This document shows positions 12,945 to 25,981 of a stretch of 64,000 bases of DNA, one piece after another. This DNA comes from Stegostoma tigrinum (lineage: Eukaryota). Numbering within the stretch: position 1 is the first letter of the stretch; every line of letters begins with the position of its first letter. The notes under the pieces are model-generated. The model did no database searches. It saw only the letters and a program-made list of their open reading frames with translations, and had not been told where the DNA came from. A program made the translations under genes and the position numbers. Location of the stretch: assembly GCF_030684315.1 (NCBI RefSeq), contig NC_081404.1:9915794-9979793 (forward strand). Reading direction: 5' to 3'.

Positions 12945-13510
12945 AGATTTCCATAAGGCATCTAATAAGGGGCCGTTAAAACATCATTGCAGAAAATACA
13001 AGGTCATGATGTAGGGGGTAATAATAGTGGCATTGACTGAAGATTGGCTAACGAACAGGAAACAGAGTAGGCATAAAATGGTTAATTTTCTGATTGGCAA
13101 GATTTCATGAATGGTGTGTCACAAGGATCAATGCTGAGACCTCAAACTTTTACAATTTACATAAATAAGGGACAAAAGTTTGGTTGTAAAATTTGCTGAT
13201 GATAAAGAAAGGGTGGAAAATAAGAGGACCAGGAAGTGACAAAGGAAATAGTAGGTTAACTGAGGAGAAATAGATCTGGCAAAATGGAGGATAATGTAGA
13301 AAAAATATGAAAGTGTCCATTTTGGCTGGAAGAATTAAGCATATTGTCTAAATAGCGAGAAATTGCAGAGCTGTCAGATGTAATCGGATCTGAGTGTACT
13401 GATACGTGAGTCACAAGGAGTTAGTGTGCAGGTACATTAAGTAATTAGGATAGCTAATAGAATGTGATGTTTACTGTGAGAGGAATGGAATACAAAAATA
13501 GGAAGGTTAT
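12945..13510 (+). mobile_element. Degraded CR1-type LINE, 5' part (interrupted; resumes at 21725)
   Basis: Decayed RT motifs (vSGVxQGS-like at ~13110, KFADD-like at ~13190); the reading continues after 21725. Confidence 0.7.
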
Positions 13511-14717
13511 TTAAGGTTTTAGCAAAGATCTGTAGCTTGGGTTGTGGGTGAGGTTGTTGACTTGCTCCCCGAGCTGGCTTGTTTTCATTCAGACATTTCG
13601 TCACCATGCCAAGTAACACCATCAGTGAGGCCTCTGATGAAGTTGGAATTTATACTGTCTGGTCCGTTATGGTGAGTACTGTCATTTCTGGTTTTGTTCT
13701 GTATGGGTTTGTATATGGGGTCCAATTCTATATATGTGTTGACTGCATTATGGATTGAGAACCATGCCTCTAGGAATTCCGGTGCATGTCTATGTTTGGC
13801 TTGAGCTACTATAGGTACGTTGTCCCAGTTAAACTGATGACCTTCATTGTCAGAGTGTACTGATATTAAGGAAAGTTCGTTGTGCCATTTTGCTGTCAGC
13901 CAATGTTCATATATTCTGATGGCTAGTTTCCTTCCTGTCTGTCCAGTGTAATGCTTGTGGCAATCGTTGCATGGTATTTTGTAAACCACATTTGTTCTGC
14001 ATGTTGTGGGAATGGGGTCTTTAATTCTTGTGAGTCTTTGTCGTTGTGGCAGTCATTGCATGGTATTTTGTAAACTACGTTGGTTCTGGATGTAAGTTTG
14101 CTCGCTGAGCTGGAAGGTTCGTTTTCAGATGTTTCGTCACCATTCTAGGTAACATCATCAGTGAGCCTCCAATGAAGCGCTGGTGTTATGTCCCGCTTTC
14201 TATTTATTTGGTTAGGTTTCCTTGGGTTGGTGATGTCATTTCCTGTTCTTTTTCTCAGGGGATGGTAGATTGGCTCCAAATCAATGTGTTTGTTGATGGA
14301 GTTCCGGTTGGAATGCCATGCTTCTAGGAATTCTCGTGCGTGTCTCTGTTTGGCTTGTCCTAGGATGGATGTGTTGTCCCAATCAAAGTGGTGTCCTTCC
14401 TCATCTGTATGTAAGGATACGAGTGATAGTGGGTCATGTCGTTTTGTGGCTAGTTGATGTTCATGTATCCTGGTGGCTAGCCTTCTGCCTGTTTGTCCAA
14501 TGCAGTGTTTGTCACAGTTCTTGCAAGGTATTTTGTAGATGACGTTCGTTTGATGTGGAACAAAATAAAGACCCACTCTCTTGTGGGCCGAGAGGAGGAG
14601 AGCGCTGCGTTGGGGGTGAAAGGAAGACGTCGGGTTGGCTGTGCACCCTTGCAACCAGTGGATCTTAATGCTGGCTTCGGCCTAACGCTGGTTCAGGGGA
14701 GCAGCCAACCTGCAACG

Positions 14718-16174
14718 ATTGCTGCGGCAAGTGCTCGTGCCCCAGGTCAGGGGGTCCGGAACACCATCCGTGTTTCCATGAAGAAGGTGGATGAAGGTGC
14801 ACCTGTGGACCGCACCTTCTTCGTGAAGAGGGTCCTGTTGGACTGTTGTGGGTTCACTGCTGCGGACATTTACTGCCTGCAGGATTTCCCCGGAGGAGGT
14901 TTTTACGATGTGACCTTCAGGAGTGCCAAGCTTTGCGAGCGCTTCCTGGAGGTTTTCAAGGAGAAAGGAGGTGAGGGCCCCCTCTCTGTATTGACCGCTG
15001 TCCCGCTGTTTGTGATGCCAGCGCAGAGGAGCCGTATGGTGACTGTACACATGTACAACCCGCATGTGCCAGCAGTTGATGTCCTGACCTTCCTTGGAAG
15101 GTACGTGAAGGTGGAAGGGGACCTAACTGACATGATGGACCCCTTTGGCATCTGGACCAGTAAGAGGCAGGTCAAGGTGACGCTGAGGATGGGCGCGGAT
15201 GGGAACATCGTACACCCACCGTCCAGCTTCGCGAGCAGCAGGAGCAAGGGCTACCTGACCTATGCAGGGCAACCTAAAGTCTGCCACGCCTGTGGTAGGT
15301 CAGGTCACGTGGCGACCGACTGCAAAGCCACCATCTGCAGGGAGGAGGGACACCTTTCAAAGGATTGCCCACAAGAGAAAAGCTGCAACCTTTGTGGGGG
15401 AGCGGGCCACCTCCTATAGGGCATGCCTGCAGCGGGGGACCACCTACACCCAGGTCGCCGGCAGGGGCAATGTGGGGCCAGCCCCCCCGGGAGGAGAGGA
15501 AAGCACCAGGGCCCTGCAAGGACCCCACTAATGTGCAGGAGGGCCAGGTCTTGCAGGAGGGCCCAGCCCCGCAGGATGGGCCCGAGGCCAGCAAAGCGCC
15601 CCTGCAGGCTCCGATCCCCGCCAACAACCCGGAGTCAATGGAGGCGGCGACAGGCGACCCAGGGGAGTGGACAACGGTCCGGAAAGCGAGGAGGAAGGTG
15701 CGTCGGCGGGCGCAGGAACCACAACCATCAGGCGGGAAGAGGCAGCTACAGGGGGGCTATGAGAGCTCCTCTGAGGAGGGGGATTCGGAGATGGCCCGCC
15801 CGAAGCAGAAGTTAAAGATCTCAAGGGAGAAGGAAAGCAGCACCACGCTTCCAGGTGACGGGAGGCGTCCTGAGGCTCCCTCCGACAACCAGTCACGTGC
15901 CGCTGGGGCACTGGAGGGCCCCCCGGAACTTCCAGGCGGGAAGGAGGAAACAGCGCGTCCCCAGCCTGACCCAGAGCCGGACTCTCCTGCCTCCGTACAC
16001 CCGACGGGGGGATGCCACCCGGAAGGCAGCACAGACGGTTTCCTGAGCCTGGAGAGCGTCCAGCAGTTAGCCCGAGCAATGGGCATGAAGGGACAGATAG
16101 AGGGGCTGGACCTTGGACTTGGGGAGGGTACTGCGGTCACTGCCCACAATGGGGGTACGAGTTGCGAGCATTAA
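14718..16174 (+). pseudogene. Tx1 ORF1 (gag-like, CCHC knuckles, ZCCHC3-like N-terminus), frameshifted
   Basis: VRNTIRV...DIYCLQDF...FYDVTF, CHACGRSGH and CNLCGGAGH motifs; the reading is split across frames 14493, 15262 and 15365; ATT at 14718 is probably a mutated ATG (inference). Confidence 0.7.
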
Positions 16175-19100
16175 TGTGCGCAGCGTCAAGTCCACCGCAA
16201 GATGTGTGTCCACGTTGGCCTACCTGACCACCGTCAGGGCAGACCTCCTGTTTCTGCAGGAGTGCGGGATACCGCACCTCATCAGGTACGGGAAATGGTA
16301 GGACGCCTGGACCTGTGGGCCTTCAATCTGGTCGGGGGGTAACGACTGTCGCTCCTCGGGCCTGACTATTCTGCTGCGGGGGCGCAACTTCACCATCTCT
16401 CAAGTTCAGGAGGTGGTGGGGGGGCGCCTCCTAGTGGCTGACGTCACCTACAGGAACGTTCCCCTGAGGCTGATCAACATGTACGCCCCAGCGGTACGGA
16501 GTGAGCGGTTGGCCATCCTGCAGTGGCTACCACCCCTCTTGGCTACGTCCAGGCCGGTCATCCTAGGCGGAGACTTCAACTGCATCATCGATGCAGATGG
16601 AAGATCCGACGTGGGGACAGCGGGTGGGGGGAGTCAACTGGACGTCACGTCCAGATTCCTGATGGGCACGGTGAAGGACGCCAAGCCGCTCGACGTCTTC
16701 AGCGCCCGTGCAGCGGAGGTACACCTGGTCGCGGCCAGACAGGTCTGTTCGCTCAAGGATAGACTTCCTGTTTGTGTTACGGGCGTCGAGCCGGTGTTCT
16801 TCTCTGACCACTGTCTCCTGCTGGCTGACTGTCACTTACAGGATGACCAGCCGGCCGGCAAGGGGATGTGGAAGCTCAACACGACTCTGTTGACCCCAGA
16901 GAACGTCGAGGACCTTAAGAGGGAGTACGCCGGTTGGAGAACCGTGAAACCCCTCTTTGAGTCTCTGGGTGACTGGTGGGAGACGGTGAAGGAGAACATC
17001 AAGAGGTTCTTTGTCCTCAAGGGTGCTCAGAAGGCGAGAGAGAGGCGGGGAAAGCTGTTGCGACTCCAGAAAAGGGTGCAGAACCTGCTCCTTCTGCAGT
17101 TGATGGGGGTCGATGTCACAGAGGACCCCCGCGAGGTGAGGGGCCATCAAGCCTCGCTCTTCGCCGCGGAGGCCTCCAGGATAATCTTCCGGTCCAGGGT
17201 CTGCTCCGTGGAGCAGGACGAGACGTGCTCGCGTTTCTTCTTTCAGAAGGTGCACAAAGAGAGCTCTGTGCTTAGCCGGCTGAAGGAGGACGACGGCTGG
17301 GTGATGTCGTCTCGGCCCGACATTTTGAGGATCAGCAGATGCTTCTATGCCGGACTGTACGACACGAAGCCCACAGACAGCACGGCCTCCGAGTCGTTCC
17401 TGTCGTCTATCACGGAGGTCTTAGACGACGGCACGAGGGAGTGGCTGGACCGGCGGATATCCCTGGACGAGCTGACCAGAGCCCTCAAGTCCTTGGAGAG
17501 GAATAGGACTCCCGGGAGCGACGGCTTACCGGTCGAGCCGTATTCCGCTCTGTGGGACCTCGTCGGCCAGGACCTGCTGGAGGTGTACGATAGCGCGCTT
17601 CGGGCAGGGGAAATGTGCAAGTCCATGAGGAAGGGCATCATCACCCTCATTAACAAGAGGAAGGGGGAGAGGGAAGAAATTAAGAATTGGCGTCCCATTT
17701 CACTATTGAACGTGGACTACAAAATCCTGGCCAAGGTCATAGCCAACCGGGTCAGGTCTGTCCTGGAGTCAGTGATTCACCCTGACCAAACCTGTGCTGT
17801 GCCGGGCAGGAAGATCGCTGAGAGCCTCGTGCTCATCAGGGATACGATCGCCTACGTGCAGGACAGGCGGGTGGACACCTGCCTCGTCAGCCTGGACCAG
17901 GAGAAGGCCTTCGACAGGGTCTCTCATACTTACATGAGGGACGTCCTCTCCAAATTGGGGTTCGGGGAGGGCATCCGCAATTGGATCCTGCTGCTCTACA
18001 CCAACATCGTTAGTGCAGTCTCGATCAACAGGTGGGATTCGGACAGTTTTCCCGTCAGGTCTGGAGTCAGGCAGGGCTGCCCGCTCTCTCCTGCCTTGTT
18101 TGTGTGCTGTGTGGAGCCCTTTGCCGCATCCATCAGGAAGGATGTGAGCATGAAGGGCGTGACTATCCCAGGCAGCGGAGGCCTTCAGGTCAAGACCTCC
18201 CTGTACATGGACGATGTCGCTGTCTTCTGCACCGATCGTCGGTCGGTGAGTAGACTGTTGGACATCTGCGGCCAGTTTGAACTGGCCTCGGGTGCCAAAG
18301 TCAATCGGGGTAAGAGCGAGGTCATGTTCTTCGGGAACTGGGACGACTGCCCCTTCATCCCCTTCACCGTCAGGACAGACTACCTGAAGGTGCTGGGTGT
18401 TTGGTTTGGTGGAGCTGGGGCGTGCACTAAAACTTGGGAGGAGTGTATCACCAAACTGAAGCAGAAGCTGGGCAGGTGGACGCTCCGGTCCCTCTCCATC
18501 GCGGGTAAGAACCTGGTTGTCAGGTGCGAGGGGCTTTCGGTACTGTTGTATGTGGCGCAGGCCTGGCCTATTCCCTGGACCTGCGCTGCTGCGGTCACCC
18601 GGGCCATCTTCCACTTCATTTGGGGGTCGAGGATGGACCGGGTCCGCAAGGACACCATGTACAAAGACCTGGAAAATGGGGGAAAGGGCATACCGAATGC
18701 CACCCTCGCCCTGACGGCTACCTTTGTGTGCGGCTGCATCAAGCTGTGTGTAGATCCTCAGTACGCAAACACCAAGTGTCACTACTTACTGGGGTTCTAC
18801 CTGTCCCCGGTGTCGTGAAGGATGGGCCTGGCCTCATTGCCGCGGAACGCTCCGAGTAGTTGGACCATTCCGTGCCATCTGTCCTTCATGGAGAAATTTT
18901 TGAAAGGAAACACCTTTGACCACAAGGCTGTCAGGCAGTGGTCAGCACATAGTATCCTCGGGACCCTTCAGGAAAAGGAGAGGGTGGATCCCGTCGTGTG
19001 GTTCCCCACGCAGACTGCCAAAGTCATTTGGCAGAATGCCTCATCGCCAGAACTTTCAAACAAGCACAAGGACATTGCTTGGCTGGCGGTGAGAGGGGCT

Positions 19101-19535
19101 CTGCCAGTGAGATCGTTTACGCATGCCCGGAATATCTGCGCCATCACACGCTGCCCTCGAGGTGGCTGCAGGGGGGACGAGACTGTCGATCACCTCCTTC
19201 TGGAGTGCGCCTATGCACAGGAGGTCTGGAGGGGGATGCAGTGGTATTTGTCGAGGTTCGTCCCGAGCAGCTCCATGATGCGGGACTCCATGCTTTACGG
19301 GCTGTTTCCTGGGACGCAAACCGAGACCAACATCAACTGCGCCTGGAGGACCATCAATGCGGTGAAAGACGCTCTTTGGTCTGCCCGCAACTTGCTGGTC
19401 TGCCAGCTGAAAGAACTGACCCCAACCGAGTGTTGCAGAATGGCACACTCCAAGGTCCAGGACTATGTGCTGAGGGACGTGCTAAAGCTTGGAGCAGCCG
19501 CCGCCAAGGCGCGGTGGGGAAAGACCACGGTATGA
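16149..19535 (+). pseudogene. Tx1 ORF2 (AP endonuclease, reverse transcriptase, C-terminal CCHC) with stops and frameshifts
   Basis: MGVRVASINVR, LFLQE, GGDFNC, SDHC, QGCPLSP, YMDD and CPRGGC..ETVDHLLLEC motifs; in-frame stops at 16299 and 18816. Confidence 0.85.
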
Positions 19536-21724
19536 AACCCCTCGTCCAAAATAGAAAAAAGGGCCCTATCTGGTAACTGGGCCCAGGTGGCACCTTCTCC
19601 AACTGGTCAGGGGGCCAACGGGGACTGTGCGGGGTGACGGCTGCCGGGGTATTTTCTTTGCTTTGGTTTTATTCTTCTTTGTTTATTTTTTTCCTTTAGT
19701 TGGTGTATGTACCCCCTGGGTAACCCAGAGTGGCTTGCATGACTGGGTAGGTGTATAAATGTTTTATTTTTTGTACATCTTATGAATAAAGTATATTTTT
19801 TCTAAAAAAAAGGTGACGAAATGTCTGAAAACGAACCTTCCAGCTCAGCGAGCAAACTCACATCCAGAACCTCAACCTGAGCTACAAATCTTCTCAAAAC
19901 TCGCTACGTTGGTTCTACATGTTGTGGGAATGGGGTCTTTAATCCTTGTGAGTGTTTGTCGTAGAGTGGCTATGGGCTTGTGTGCCACCATGATTCCTAA
20001 TGGTTGCAGTAGTTTGAGTATGTTGTCATTGCTGATGGAGCAATTCATTATGGCGAAACGGGACAATGTTGAGAAAGCACAGGCACTGCTCACAGATAAA
20101 AACACTTGCCAACAGGTGGCGATAGACCCAACATTGCAGCGAGGTAATAGGATCACCCAGACACCAAAGGAGACAAAAGAATGCAGGACGGGTAACCAAG
20201 GTGGACTATATGAGAATGAAACCAGAAGGCACAAACACCCACCAGCTTCTATGGACTTCCTAAAGTACACAAACCAGATATCCCCCTCAGACCTATTGTC
20301 TCCCTGCTGGGCACACATTCACACATACTGGCCAAGGACCTACAACAGAGACTGAAACACCTAGTCGACAGATCACCCCATTCCATCCGCTCAACACAAG
20401 AATTCCTCAATATCCTCAAAAACATAAAAATTAACGACAAAGAGATTATGGTATCCTTCGATGTCACAGCATTATTCACATCCCACAAGCCAAAAAATTG
20501 TTGGCTACATTACTAGAGGAAGCAGGAACACCGAACAGCAGCTCCATCAGCAATGACAACGTACTCAAACTACTAGATTTATGCCTCACCACACACTTCA
20601 TCTTTAATGGTCAAGTATACAAACAGATCAATGGCACACCCATGGGGTCACTCATCTCAGGACTCATCACGGAGGCAGTCATGCAAAGACTAGAATACAC
20701 TACTCTACTCTGCATTAAATCTAAACTATGGATCTGGTATGTGGATGACACATTTGTCATTATTAAACACAACAAACTAGAAGAGACCCACCACCTCATC
20801 AACAACATATTCGCAGGGATTAAATTCACGAGAGAAGAAGAAAACAACAAAGCTCCAAAGCTCAGCGTGCAGGAAAGTAACTCACACTGGCTAAATCCTC
20901 AACTTCCACAGTAACCAGCCCAATGTCCACAAACAAAGCTGTATTGGGATACTATTTAAAATAGGCCACCACTCACTGCAACACGCCAGAAGTACGCAGG
21001 AAAGAGGAAGAGCGCCTATACAAAATCTTCGCTATGAACTGATATCCTTGCAGCTTCATTCGCAGGTGCCTACTAAACAGACAGCGAGAGGACACAGTAC
21101 ATGCTAACACACTGGCCACACTGCCCTGCGTTAAGAATATATCAGAACTGACAACAAGATTCCTAAGATTACTAGGAATCATGGTGGCACACAAGCCCAC
21201 AGCTACTTGATGACAAAGACTCACAAGAATTAAAGACCCCATTCCCACAACATGCAGAACAAACGTGGTTTACAAAATACCATGCAACGATTGCCACAAG
21301 CATTACACTGGACAGACAGGAAGGAAACTAGCCATCGGAATACATGAACATCAATTATCAGCAAAACCACATGATAAACTCTCCTTAATATCAATATGCT
21401 CAGACAATGAAGGCCACCAGTTTAACTGGGACACCGTAACCATAGTAGCTCAGGCCAAACATAGACACGCACAGGAATTCCTAGAGGCATGGTTCTCAAT
21501 CCATAATGCAATCAACAAACATATAGAATTGGACCCCATATACAATCCATACACAACAAAACTGGAAATGACACTACTCACCATAACTGACCAGACAGTA
21601 TAAATTCCAAGCTGAGCAGAATAACATCACTTCATCCGAGGCCTTACTGACAATGTTACCCAGCATGGTGACGAAATGTCTGAATGAAAACAAGCCAGCT
21701 TGATGAGCAAGTCAACAACTTCAG

Positions 21725-22035
21725 TAGGAAGGTAATGCTTCAACTACGAGGGCATTGGTGAAACTACATCTGGAGTAGTGCCAGGTCTTGGTCTCCTCAC
21801 TTAATAAATAGTATAAATTATTAAATGCAGTTCAGAGTTGGTTCACTGGACTAATACTGGAATAGGCATGTTGTCTTCTGAGGAGAGGTTGGACAGAGTA
21901 GAATTATGTCTGCTAGAGTTTAAAAGAGTAAGAGATAACTTGATTGAAATATTTAAGATCCTGAGATGTCTTGACAGTGTGCATGTAGAAAGGATGCTTT
22001 CTCTTGTGGGAAATGCTAAAACTAAAAGTTACTGA
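21725..22035 (+). mobile_element. Degraded CR1-type LINE, 3' continuation of 12945-13510
   Basis: EERLDRVEL.LLEFKRVRDNLIEIFKIL in ORF 21838-22035. Confidence 0.7.
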
Positions 22036-22268
22036 CACTGGTGATCAATTGCTATATGTGGACCAAAGGCAGCAAGTGCAAGTCAGGATGCAAACATAGT
22101 TTTCTGCAAATGCAAATTATGAGTCTGAGCTGTGTAAAAATAATATATTTTTATTTTCATTTTTGATTATGGTCTGAAATGGGAAAATAATTGTTTTAAA
22201 AACCAAGGATAGTTGAAGGATTACTGCACTTTTTAAAAGCAAGTAACCTTACACTCACTGAAGTACTG

Positions 22269-22488
22269 GATAACAAAGTGTGAAGCTGGATGAACACAGC
22301 AGGCTAAGCAGCAACTCAGGAGCACAAAAGCTGATGTTTCGGGCCTAGACCCTTCATCAGAGGATGAAGGGTCTAGGCCTGAAACGTCAGCTTCTGTGAT
22401 CCTGAGGTGCTGCTTGGCCTGCTGTGTTCATCCAGCTTCACACTTTGTTATCTTGGATTCTCCAGCATCTGCAGTTCCCATTATCTCG
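22269..22488 (+). mobile_element. Short fold-back element with hammerhead core (copy 1)
   Basis: ~90-bp inverted arms (22269-22358 / 22363-22452) plus a 36-nt tail; 16-bp TSD actcactgaagtactg at 22253-22268 and 22489-22504. Confidence 0.85.
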
Positions 22489-23304
22489 ACTCACTGAAGT
22501 ACTGTTTACATAGCTGTTTGATTTGCAGATGAGCTGGAGCCAAGCGGTGTGTTTGAAATGTAGAATAAAGTATAAAAGTAGGGAGGTTTTCCTAAAACTA
22601 TACAAGGCAGTAGACCACAACTGGAATACTGTGAACAGTTTTGGGCCCCTTATGTAAAGAAAAATATATTGGCATTAGAGGTAGTCCAGAGAAAGTTCAC
22701 TATATTGATTAAAAACCGAAAGAAACATGCATGCTATAAATCAGGAACAAAAACAAATTTGGTGGAAAAGTTCAGCAGGTCTGGCAGCATCTGTGGAGAT
22801 AAAACTATTCTAACATAAAATATAAAATGTTTGTTCTATTATTCGGTGTCACATGATTGCACGCATGGTAAGCAACTTGCTTGCCACATCATTGTGGAAA
22901 CTGACCTCAAACCATTGAAAATGACTTGGCGCGAACTATTTCAAGTGCACCACCTAGATTACAACAACTTCTGTTAGGTACTGACAGAAATCAACACTGC
23001 TCTGCCCTTGGTCCCCAACCTGGACATGGTAACCCTGCCCTGACCCAAGTACAGCAGGTCCCTTAGATTCCCAGGCCCTCGTTATGAACCCTGACCTACT
23101 CTCCTGTCTGAGGCCTCGTGTAAAAGTACAGGGATGTGACTTAATCTGCCATAAACTGGGTTTCAAAATGACTACCCTAGGGAAATGAGCTTACCTCAAC
23201 CAACAGAGATTATGTTTTGAAGGCAAGTTGGGATAACTCTGCCAAGTCCTCACCTGTCTAAGTTCTCAATTACAGGACAAACATATTGGGGGGAAAAAAA
23301 AGGA

Positions 23305-24550
23305 AGGCTTTGTGCATGGAACATCATGTCTCATTAAATTGATAGAGTTTTTTGAAAAAGTGATGAAGAGGATTGATGAAGGCAGAGTGGTGGACGTTGT
23401 CACTATGGATTTCAGTAAGGAGTTCGACAGGGTTTTGAATGGCAGACAGGTTAACAAGGTTAGATCATATGGAATACAGGGAGAACTAGCCATTTGGACA
23501 CAAAATTGACTCGAAGGTATGAGACAGCGGGTGGTGGTGGAGGGTTGCTTTTCAATCTGACCAGTGGTGTGTCACAAGGATCGGTGCTGGGTCCAATGTT
23601 TTTTGTCATTATATAAGTGGTTTGGATGCAAATTTAGGAGGTATATTTGGTAAGTTTCCAGATGACATCAGAATTGGTGGTGTAATGGGCAGTAAAGAAG
23701 GTTATGTCCGAGATGGGCCAGTAGGGCCGAGGAGTGGCAGATAGAGTTTAATCTAGATAAATGTGAGGTGCTACATTTTGGTAAGGCAAATCAGGGCAGG
23801 ACTTATTCTCTTAATGGTAAGTCCTGGGGAGTGCTGCCGAGCAAAGAGACTTTGGAGTGCAGGTTCATAGTTCCTTCAATGTGGAGTCACAGGTAGACAG
23901 GGTCGTGAAGGTGGTGTTTGGTATCCTTGCCTTTATTGGTCAGTGCATTGCGTATAGGAGTCAGGAGGTCCTGTCGTGGCTGTACAAGGCATTGATTAGG
24001 CTACTTTTGGAATACTGCGTTCAATTCTGGTCTCCCTGCTGGAGGAAAGTTGTTGTGGGACTTTAAAGGGTTCAGAAAAGAATTACAAGGATATTACCAC
24101 AGTTGGAGGGGTTGAGCAAGAGGGAGAGGCTGAATAGGCTGGGGCTATTTTCCCTGGAGCTTTGGAGGCTGAGGGGTGACCTTATAGAAGTTTATAAAAT
24201 CATGAGTAACATGGATAGGGCGAATAGACAAGGTCTTTTCCCCAGTGTAGGGGAATCAAAAACAAGAGGGAATAGGTTTAAGGAGAGAGGGGAAAGATTT
24301 AAAAGGGACTGAAGAGACAATGTTTTCACGCAGAGGGTGGTGCATGAATGGAATGAGCTGCCAGAGGAAGTCGTGGAGGCTGGTACAATTGTAACATTTA
24401 AAAGGCATCTGGATGAGTATATGAATAGGAAGGGTTTACAGGGATATGGGCCAAATACTGAAAAGTGGGACTAAATTAATTTAAGATATCTGGCTGGCAT
24501 GTGAGTTGGACCAAAGGGTATGTTTCCAAGCTGTACATTTCTATGACTGT
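23305..24550 (+). mobile_element. 5'-truncated, degraded CR1-type LINE
   Basis: SCLxxLIEFFEKV..IDEGRVVDVV.MDFSKEFD and [11 protein letters not shown] fragments; CR1-like 3' end near 24545. Confidence 0.85.
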
Positions 24551-25329
24551 GAAGAATGAAGATAGTGCATGATTGACATGCAGATGTGGAACTGCCTAGT
24601 CTACAATTAGGACAGAAGGTCAGAATCATAAAAGCTACACAGGAACATGGTTACCTGCAGAGATAGCCAAAGTATGCAGTGAGCCTAAATGCTACAAAGT
24701 CACAACACCAAATAAAGGAACATTGAGGAGAAACAAAAGTCAACTGAGGGAACTGCAAAATACACTAATTGTGCAAAAAATACATGTAAAAATAAAATTG
24801 GAAAAGAAAGGCGCGGAAGGCCATCAGGACAATAACCAATGTACGAAATACACACATGACAATGAACACACTCACAAATCAAGAACACCTAAGTGTGAAG
24901 CCAAATCTCGGGAAGGATTGTCAAGCCACCAAATATGTTATTTAGACTCTTAATGTTTTTCAATTACGTAAATACATTTGTAGCTACCATGATGTTTATA
25001 TACTTTCACTCACTGTATGTAATTTTATCCTGTGGGCTAAAAAGGGAGCGTGTGATTTTGCTTTAAGACCTGTTTTATTTTAAAGAGCTGGATGTGCTCA
25101 TGAGCGAAGGACTAGGATAAAACCACATGGTCAACTGTTATCCAGCAAAAGCAAACTAGTGTCAGAATACATAAAATGACCTATAACTGCCAATTATAGT
25201 AGTCTTATTGAGATTTTCAAATAAACTGAATCCATGCAACCCTAATCTGTATTATAGATCAATAACAGAACAGCCCTATGCTTCAATCACCACCTCCATA
25301 CCCTCCCTCCTTGCAAATGACAGTATCTT

Positions 25330-25690
25330 GTGCAAATGTAAGAGATGCAAAACTTACTCATCTCATCAACCAAGTTGCAATTCATCAAAATGAAATAGCA
25401 ATTTATGGGTAACACTTTCAATTCAATACACTGTATTTGCCATCCCTACTCCACTATATTGGGAAAGCCAAACCTAGGTGACTGCTTTGTGGAATATATC
25501 CATTCAGGCTGCAAGCATGACCTCAGATTCCAGATTTCCCATAATTTTCATTCACCACTGTTCTTCCACTGTGAATTTTGTCCTTAGCCTCCTACAGTCC
25601 AGTAAAGGTAAGCATCAGCTCGAGGAACAGCATGCATTTTTGATTAGGCACTTTACAGTCTTTTGAAGTTCAAAAATTTTAACTCATAAC
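25330..25690 (+). mobile_element. Highly degraded Penelope-like GIY-YIG remnant
   Basis: CKRCKT and YIGKxxLGDxFxE-like remnants across frames. Confidence 0.4.
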
Positions 25691-25761
25691 CACTTTTCTA
25701 ACTTTTTCCGAATGTAATTGATGGTGATTCAGCTTTCCTATTCAGACCTACTATAATTCCA

Positions 25762-25981
25762 GTCAGAGACAGAAGGAACTGTAGATGCTGGAGAATCTGA
25801 GATAACAAGGTGTACAGCTGGATTAACACAGCAGGCCAAGCAGCATCAGAGGAGCTGGAAAGCTGACGCTTCGGGCCTAGACCCTTCTTCAGCAATATTT
25901 TTTTCTGACGAAGGGTCTAGGCCCGAAACGTCAGCGTTGCTGCTTGGCCTGCTGTGTTCATCCAGCTCTGCACCTTGTTAT
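25762..25981 (-). mobile_element. Short fold-back element with hammerhead core (copy 2)
   Basis: Same family as 22269-22488, tail on the left; imperfect TSD ctactataattcca (25748-25761) / ctactacaaatcca (25982-25995). Confidence 0.8.
25903..25934 (+). ncRNA. Minimal type I hammerhead ribozyme motif
   Basis: CTGACGA-A-GGGT(CTAG)GCCC-GAAAC-GTC-AG: CUGANGA core, stem II, GAAA and GUC cleavage triplet; activity not shown. Confidence 0.6.

Larger units (their letters stand above)
14557..19811 (+). mobile_element. Near full-length Tx1-clade (L1 group) non-LTR retrotransposon, inactivated
   Basis: GC-rich 5.2-kb block with a zinc-knuckle ORF1, APE-RT-CCHC ORF2, AATAAA at 19785 and A-tail ending at 19811. 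Confidence 0.85.
14088..19903. mobile_element. Penelope-like element B (inverted pseudo-LTR arms) containing the Tx1-type LINE
   Basis: 13-bp TSD ctacgttggttct at 14075-14087 and 19904-19916; GIY-YIG C-terminus on - strand (14145-14550); termini match the element at 41255-41580. Confidence 0.8.
13511..21724. mobile_element. Penelope-like element A (inverted arms, RT and GIY-YIG remnants), itself interrupted by element B
   Basis: GIY-YIG ORFs VYKIPCNDCHKHYTGQTGRKL on both strands (13585-13989 -, 21265-21603 +); RT remnant GTPMGS...WYVDDTF (20498-20914); TSD taggaaggt(t/a)at at 13499-13510 and 21725-21736. Confidence 0.8.

Noticed and set aside
14682-19602. Many overlapping ORFs on both strands in the GC-rich block
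   Set aside because: Alternative-frame products of GC-rich Tx1 sequence with no independent motifs
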